A stretch of DNA of 10,976 nt from Abditibacteriaceae bacterium (lineage in GTDB: Bacteria; Armatimonadota; Abditibacteriia; Abditibacteriales; Abditibacteriaceae). Position numbers and translations under genes: made by a program. The DNA is taken from positions 1 through 10,976 of the forward strand of contig JANPJS010000134.1 of assembly GCA_031425655.1 (NCBI GenBank), read 5' to 3'. Shown here piece by piece: positions 6,830 through 10,976 of this stretch. The notes under the pieces were generated by a model. That model worked only from the letters and a program-made list of their open reading frames with translations. It ran no database searches and was not told the origin of the DNA. Every line of letters starts with the position of its first letter. The first letter of the stretch is position 1.

Positions 6830-7415
6830 AGAGCAACATCGTTATTGCTGGACGCAGGCGCAATATCTGGCGTTCGAACGCGATGCGGACAGCAAACACG
6901 AATACCGCGACGGCGAAGTTGTCGCCGTTCCTTTAGCTTCGACAAATCATGTCCGCATTATGGGAAGCGCCGGAGCGAGGCTGCACCATCAAGTGCGTGG
7001 AACCGAATTTGAAGTGATGTGCGCGCAAATGCGCGTCAAAGTGCCTGACGGTAGTTTCTACGGTTATCCTGATGTTTTGGTGACGCGCGATGCCGATTGT
7101 GAAGGTCAGGACGACATTCTCACCAACCCCATTGTTATTTTTGAAATCCTGTCGCATGAAACGGAAGCCTTCGACCGCAGCGAAAAGTTTCATCGCTATC
7201 AGCAAATTCCGACTCTGCGCGATTACATACTGATTTCACAAAATTGCATCAAGGCCGAGCATTTTGCGCGAGAAAACAATGGCGAATGGAGATTAATTGC
7301 CATCAAAACCGGCGAAGACGATGTAATACTCGATTCCATCGGATGCCGCCTGAAACTCAGCGAAATCTACGAGCGCGTGCAATTCGACTCGACAGAAGAC
7401 GACGAAACCGAATAA
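6825..7415 (+). CDS. Uma2 (DUF820) family putative endonuclease
   Basis: QYLAFER..KHEYRDGEVVA, YPDVLV, NPIVIFEILS, TEAFDRSEKFHRYQQIPTLRDYILISQ and LKLSEIYERV motifs. Start is ATG 6825 or 6804, both inside the repeat. Confidence 0.9.
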   Translation: MKEQHRYCWTQAQYLAFERDADSKHEYRDGEVVAVPLASTNHVRIMGSAGARLHHQVRGTEFEVMCAQMRVKVPDGSFYGYPDVLVTRDADCEGQDDILTNPIVIFEILSHETEAFDRSEKFHRYQQIPTLRDYILISQNCIKAEHFARENNGEWRLIAIKTGEDDVILDSIGCRLKLSEIYERVQFDSTEDDETE

Positions 7416-7417
7416 CC

Positions 7418-8524
7418 ATGACAAAGCAAACTAAAGTCGGAATTATCGGCTGCGGCAACATCAGCGGCGCCTATTTCAACACCAACAAGAACTTCAGCTT
7501 TTTCGACATCACGGCCTGCGCCGATTTGGATGTCGAACGCGCCAAAGCCCGCGCCGCCGAATTCGGCATCGCCAAAGGCTGCTCCGTAGACGAGCTTTTG
7601 GACGACCCGGACATCGCTTTCGTCATCAATCTGACGATTCCCCAGGCGCACGGGCCGGTCATGCTGCGCGCTTTGGAAAGCGGCAAAAGCGTTTACACCG
7701 AAAAGCCGTTTACCGTCACGCGCGAAGAAGCGCAGAGGGCGATTGCTCTGGCGAAGGAAAAAGGCCTGCGCGTCGGCAGTGCGCCCGATACGTTTTTAGG
7801 CGGCGCCCACCAAACCTGCCGCAAACTAATTGACGAAGGCGCGATCGGGCTGCCGATTGGCGCCAGCGCGTTTATGGCCGGACACGGACACGAAAGTTGG
7901 CATCCGAGTCCAGAGTTTTATTACAAAGTCGGCGGCGGCCCGATGTTCGATATGGGGCCGTATTATCTCACGGCGCTCATCAACATGATCGGCCCCGTTC
8001 GTCGCGTGACGGGATCGGCGCGCATCACCTTTCCCGAACGCACCATCACCAGCCAGCCGCTGCACGGCACGAAAATTAAAGTGGACGTGCCGACGCACAT
8101 CGCGGGAATTTTAGATTTTCAAAACGGCGCCATCGCCAACGTGCTGATGAGCTTCGATACATGGAGCCACAACTTGCCGTGTCTGGAAATTTACGGGACG
8201 GAAGGCAGTCTGCGCGTGCCCGACCCGAACGGCTTTGGCGGCGAAGTGAAAATCCGCAAAGCCGGCGACAGCGAGTGGCAAAATGTCGAATTAACGCACG
8301 GCTATCAGCAAAATGCGCGCGGCGTCGGCATGGCCGACATGGCTCTGGCGATGCAAACCGGGCGCGACCACCGCTGCAACGAACGCGTGGCTTATCACGC
8401 GCTCGATTTGATGCACGCTTTCCACGACGCGAGCGCCGAAGGTCGCCACATCGAAGTCGAAAGCACCTGCGAACGCCCTGCGATGCTGCCGCTCGGCCTG
8501 CAAGACGGGGAATTGGATTCGTAA
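7418..8524 (+). CDS. Gfo/Idh/MocA family oxidoreductase
   Basis: VGIIGCGNIS Rossmann motif, EKP, SAPDTFLG and GGGPMFDMGPYY. Start at ATG 7418, just after the Uma2 stop. Confidence 0.94.
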   Translation: MTKQTKVGIIGCGNISGAYFNTNKNFSFFDITACADLDVERAKARAAEFGIAKGCSVDELLDDPDIAFVINLTIPQAHGPVMLRALESGKSVYTEKPFTVTREEAQRAIALAKEKGLRVGSAPDTFLGGAHQTCRKLIDEGAIGLPIGASAFMAGHGHESWHPSPEFYYKVGGGPMFDMGPYYLTALINMIGPVRRVTGSARITFPERTITSQPLHGTKIKVDVPTHIAGILDFQNGAIANVLMSFDTWSHNLPCLEIYGTEGSLRVPDPNGFGGEVKIRKAGDSEWQNVELTHGYQQNARGVGMADMALAMQTGRDHRCNERVAYHALDLMHAFHDASAEGRHIEVESTCERPAMLPLGLQDGELDS

Positions 8525-8621
8525 ATAGAACGCAAATTACGCAAATCATCGCAAATTCACGCAAATATCTTAAAGAAATTTGCGAAAATTCACAAAGATT
8601 CGCGTAATTTGCGTTCTATTT
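8523..8621. repeat. inverted-repeat element of CGCAAAT-based 9-10-nt units between convergent genes
   Basis: Perfect 20-bp inverted repeat aaatagaacgcaaattacgc at 8523-8542/8602-8621. Four CGCAAAT cores in the left half. Overlaps both stop codons. Confidence 0.88.
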
Positions 8622-9311
8622 CATCGGTTCGTAAGGCAGTTTTTTTAATTTGTCCCAGCGACCCAGCCACAGCAGCGGCGTGATGCGCGCGTAGAATTTC
8701 ACCAAATCCCACGCGCCTTTTTGCCCAAAGCGACGCCCCGAAGTTTCCAGCGGCACCAGCAAATGCCGATGCAGCCCAAAACGCGGCGCCGCGCCGCGAA
8801 TATAACGAATGTCTTCGCCAAGATGCAGATTTTCGTCGAAGCCGCCGACGCTTTCAAATACGTGGCGCGGCGTGACGATGCACACGCCCGAACCCATTCT
8901 CAGCCAGCTTTGCCCCATAAAAAACAGCCAGTTGAACGCGCAATAAATGCCGCGCACGAGCCAGCCGGCATCGCGCGCCACAAACCAGGGGCACGCGACC
9001 GCAAACGGCAGGCGCCGATAGCTGCGCGCGATTTGCGATACGAACTGCGCGTGCGGAAGGTCATCGGCGTCCGTGAAAATGAGCAACTCGCCCTTTGCCG
9101 CCGCGCCACCGGCGTTGCGTTGCCGCGCCGTGCCCGCAGGCGAAATTTCCAACAACTTCACGCCGAAACTGCGCGCGATTTCTATTGTGCCGTCATCGGA
9201 GCCGCCATCGCATACGATAATTTCCAGCGACGCGTAATCCTGCGCTCGTAAGGCCGAAAGCAGCGCACCGATGCGCCCAGCTTCGTTCAGCGTGGGAATG
9301 ACAACAGTAAT
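8616..9311 (-). CDS. family 2 glycosyltransferase, start codon uncertain
   Basis: The frame extends upstream of the listed ORF: ITVVIPTLNEAGRIGALLSALRAQDYASLEIIVCDGGSDDGT..., then QRNAG, FTDAD, GGFDE, GED and TSGRR. No in-frame ATG/GTG/TTG between TGA 9368-9366 and this homology. Confidence 0.85.
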   Translation of the reverse strand: MTVVIPTLNEAGRIGALLSALRAQDYASLEIIVCDGGSDDGTIEIARSFGVKLLEISPAGTARQRNAGGAAAKGELLIFTDADDLPHAQFVSQIARSYRRLPFAVACPWFVARDAGWLVRGIYCAFNWLFFMGQSWLRMGSGVCIVTPRHVFESVGGFDENLHLGEDIRYIRGAAPRFGLHRHLLVPLETSGRRFGQKGAWDLVKFYARITPLLWLGRWDKLKKLPYEPMK

Positions 9312-9394
9312 TTTGAATGAAGAATTTTGAATTTTGAATTGACTCCCGCACAGCGAATCTTGAATTCAAAATTCAAAATTCTTCATTCAAAATT
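9309..9394. repeat. inverted heptamer-repeat hairpin (AATTTTG/CAAAATT), perfect 32-bp arms
   Basis: aattttg aatgaag aattttg aattttg aatt (9309-9340) is the exact reverse complement of 9363-9394, with a 22-nt spacer. Confidence 0.93.
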
Positions 9395-9399
9395 GCCGC

Positions 9400-10170
9400 T
9401 TAAATGCCCGGCATGACGGCGCCGCCGCAGACCGGCATATACAAACCAGTGATGTAACCGGCTAAATCGCTGGCTAAAAACGCGACGGCGTTGGCGATGT
9501 CCTGATCGGTTCCGCGCCGTTTCAGCGGCACGTTTTTCGAGTAATTGCCGGAAGTGTCGCGGTCGCCGCCGGCATCGCGGTCGGCTTCGGAAATTGTCCA
9601 GCCGGGCGCGACTTGGTTGACCGTGATGCCGTGCATCCCGACTTCTTTAGCCAGGCAGCGCAGCAATCCGTCCATGCCGCGCTTGCCGCTGACATAAGCC
9701 GCCTGTCCGGGCAAAACCTGCGCGGAACATTCGGTGTTGATGCCGACGATGCGGCCATATTTGGCTTCGATCATGGCCGGCACGAAGGCTTTGGCCATCA
9801 GCACGTTGTGTAGCACGCACGAGCGAAACTGGCTTTCGTAATCCTCCGGATTTTGCTCCAAAATGCTCGTCCAGTTGTATTGAATCACCGCGTTGTTGAC
9901 GATAATCTGCGGCGCGCCGAGTTTTTCGCCGACCGCATCGCGCATCGCCAAAACGTCGGCTTCCTGCGTCACGTCGGCGCGCACGATCATCGAACGCCGC
10001 CCCATCGCTTCGACTTCGCGCTGCAAGTCCTGCGCTTTGGCTTCGCTCGATAAGTAATGAATCGCTACGTCGGCGCCGCAGTTGGCTAAAGTTCGCACCA
10101 TCACACGACCCAGTTGGCCAGCTCCGCCCGTCACGAGGGCGGTTTTGCCCGATAAATCAATTTGTAGCAC
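9400..10170 (-). CDS. SDR family NAD(P)-dependent oxidoreductase (FabG-like)
   Basis: TGGAGQLG, VNNA, YVSGK and VNQVAPG motifs. GTG start with SD AGGGAG at 10181-10176. Confidence 0.93.
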   Translation of the reverse strand: MLQIDLSGKTALVTGGAGQLGRVMVRTLANCGADVAIHYLSSEAKAQDLQREVEAMGRRSMIVRADVTQEADVLAMRDAVGEKLGAPQIIVNNAVIQYNWTSILEQNPEDYESQFRSCVLHNVLMAKAFVPAMIEAKYGRIVGINTECSAQVLPGQAAYVSGKRGMDGLLRCLAKEVGMHGITVNQVAPGWTISEADRDAGGDRDTSGNYSKNVPLKRRGTDQDIANAVAFLASDLAGYITGLYMPVCGGAVMPGI

Positions 10171-10214
10171 AAGTTCTCCCTGAATTTTTCGCTGACACGC
10201 AGTTTAAAAGTTTT

Positions 10215-10391
10215 TTGCACCCTTTGGCGTTGATTGTGTTCACTGGAACGGCTCTCCCCTTCGTTGGAAGCACGCCGGTGTTCGCTGGAATCTTGCTTTC
10301 CATCGCCGAATGGCTCAACGCCCGCCTCATCAACGACCTCGGCCACCGCGCCGTAGAGCCGAAAGAAACGAGAAGAAACGTTACACCTTAA
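10215..10391 (+). other. possible 58-aa hydrophobic ORF or gene fragment
   Basis: TTG-started frame (M)HPLALIVFTGTALPFVGSTPVFAGILLSIAEWLNARLINDLGHRAVEPKETRRNVTP*. Many G/C-ending codons but no SD. Confidence 0.25.
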
Positions 10392-10405
10392 ATTTTCAGC
10401 AAATG

Positions 10406-10445
10406 AAAAAATCCTCGCTGCGATTAAGCAACGAAGACTTTTTTT
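10406..10445 (-). terminator. intrinsic terminator
   Basis: On the minus strand GTCTTCGTTGC-ttaatc-GCAGCGAGGAT pairs fully when G-U is allowed and is followed by a T run. It lies about 20 nt after the stop at 10466. Confidence 0.7.
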
Positions 10446-10465
10446 GTTTTGCAAGGAGATAAAAC

Positions 10466-10837
10466 CTATCTTAGAAAGAGGTCAAGCAAAGAATGGGCAA
10501 CAGGTTTTATTTCTCCTGTTGTAAGATCAAAACCTACCTCGGAAGGACGGCCATCAAGTTGCCTGTCTAATTCATCCTGACACCATATCTTTGCTTCCGA
10601 AGCTATCGAAGGTGCGCTTTGCAGCCACTTGGAGAAGGTTGCTTTTTCCGTTGGGTCTGTCGTTCTTTGAAGCCGCCTGAAAAGCAAGGATGCCAAATTC
10701 TCGTCATGACTAAGCCGTTTTCCCACGGCGCGACTAACAACCGGGCTTGTTCGTTGTTGATCATATCTGTCAAGTTTGTCCACAACTTGAACATAGCGTC
10801 GAATATTTCGATAAATTCGACTTGATTTTCCTTTAGT
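10466..10837 (-). pseudogene. 3' remnant of a larger gene interrupted by an IS
   Basis: The frame is open from the IS boundary (TKGKSSRIYRNIRRYVQVVDKLDRY...) to TAG 10468-10466. AT-richer than the rest of the window, with its own terminator. Confidence 0.6.
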
Positions 10838-10976
10838 TGACCTGCCCCCAAATTCTGATCCAGTTTTAAGGTTAGTCTTTTTCTTTGTCTGACTCGGCTT
10901 GGGCGTTTAGGAAGGCCTGCCGAAACTCGGCGGGTGTTTGATAGCCCAAACTCGAATGGGGACGCTCTTCATTGTA
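10838..10976 (-). mobile_element. right end of an IS3-family insertion sequence (IS407-like terminus)
   Basis: Terminal sequence TGACCTGCCCCCAAATTCTGATCCAG starting at 10838, next to the transposase C-terminus. Confidence 0.88.
10872..10976 (-). CDS. IS3-family transposase OrfB C-terminus (partial)
   Basis: YNEERPHSSLGYQTPAEFRQAFLNAQAESDKEKD* carries the typical YNxxRPHSSLGYxTP motif. Confidence 0.92.
   Translation of the reverse strand, partial: YNEERPHSSLGYQTPAEFRQAFLNAQAESDKEKD

Noticed and set aside
7244..7417. Extended N-terminus of the Gfo/Idh/MocA ORF
   Set aside because: It overlaps the Uma2 gene, and the Rossmann motif follows ATG 7418 directly.
9366..9368. Selenocysteine UGA in the GT2 leader
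   Set aside because: The UGA lies in a repeat arm outside the conserved domain, with no Cys-equivalent position and no recognisable SECIS.
569..9394. CRISPR array interpretation of the repeats
   Set aside because: Units are 7-10 nt, contiguous and inverted, with no unique spacers and no cas genes.
10131..10454. 107-aa minus-strand ORF
   Set aside because: It starts in a terminator, overlaps the SDR start and RBS, and has no protein-like features.
10603..10851. 82-aa ORF, or a frameshift in the remnant gene
   Set aside because: Its start lies inside the IS terminus, and the other frame is already open up to the IS boundary, so no frameshift is needed.

Overview
Bacterial core-genome window, GC-rich apart from the right end. 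The taxon cannot be determined from the sequence alone. Minus strand: argC, a YfcE-type metallophosphoesterase, a HAD hydrolase, then hisB, hisH, hisA and hisF (runs off the left edge). Upstream lies a small, very basic secreted protein with a sigma54-like promoter. Plus strand: ThuA-like protein, Uma2 endonuclease, Gfo/Idh/MocA oxidoreductase. Converging on these are an SDR and a GT2 glycosyltransferase. The right end holds an AT-richer gene remnant cut by the end of an IS3-family element. The most striking unexplained structure is that eight gene junctions are filled by short tandem-repeat elements (7-, 8- or 9/10-nt units), six of them inverted-repeat hairpins. They share one architecture but use seven different unit sequences. 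They overlap or abut stop and start codons, separate an RBS from the hisF start, supply the Uma2 start codon, and leave the GT2 gene without a canonical start.
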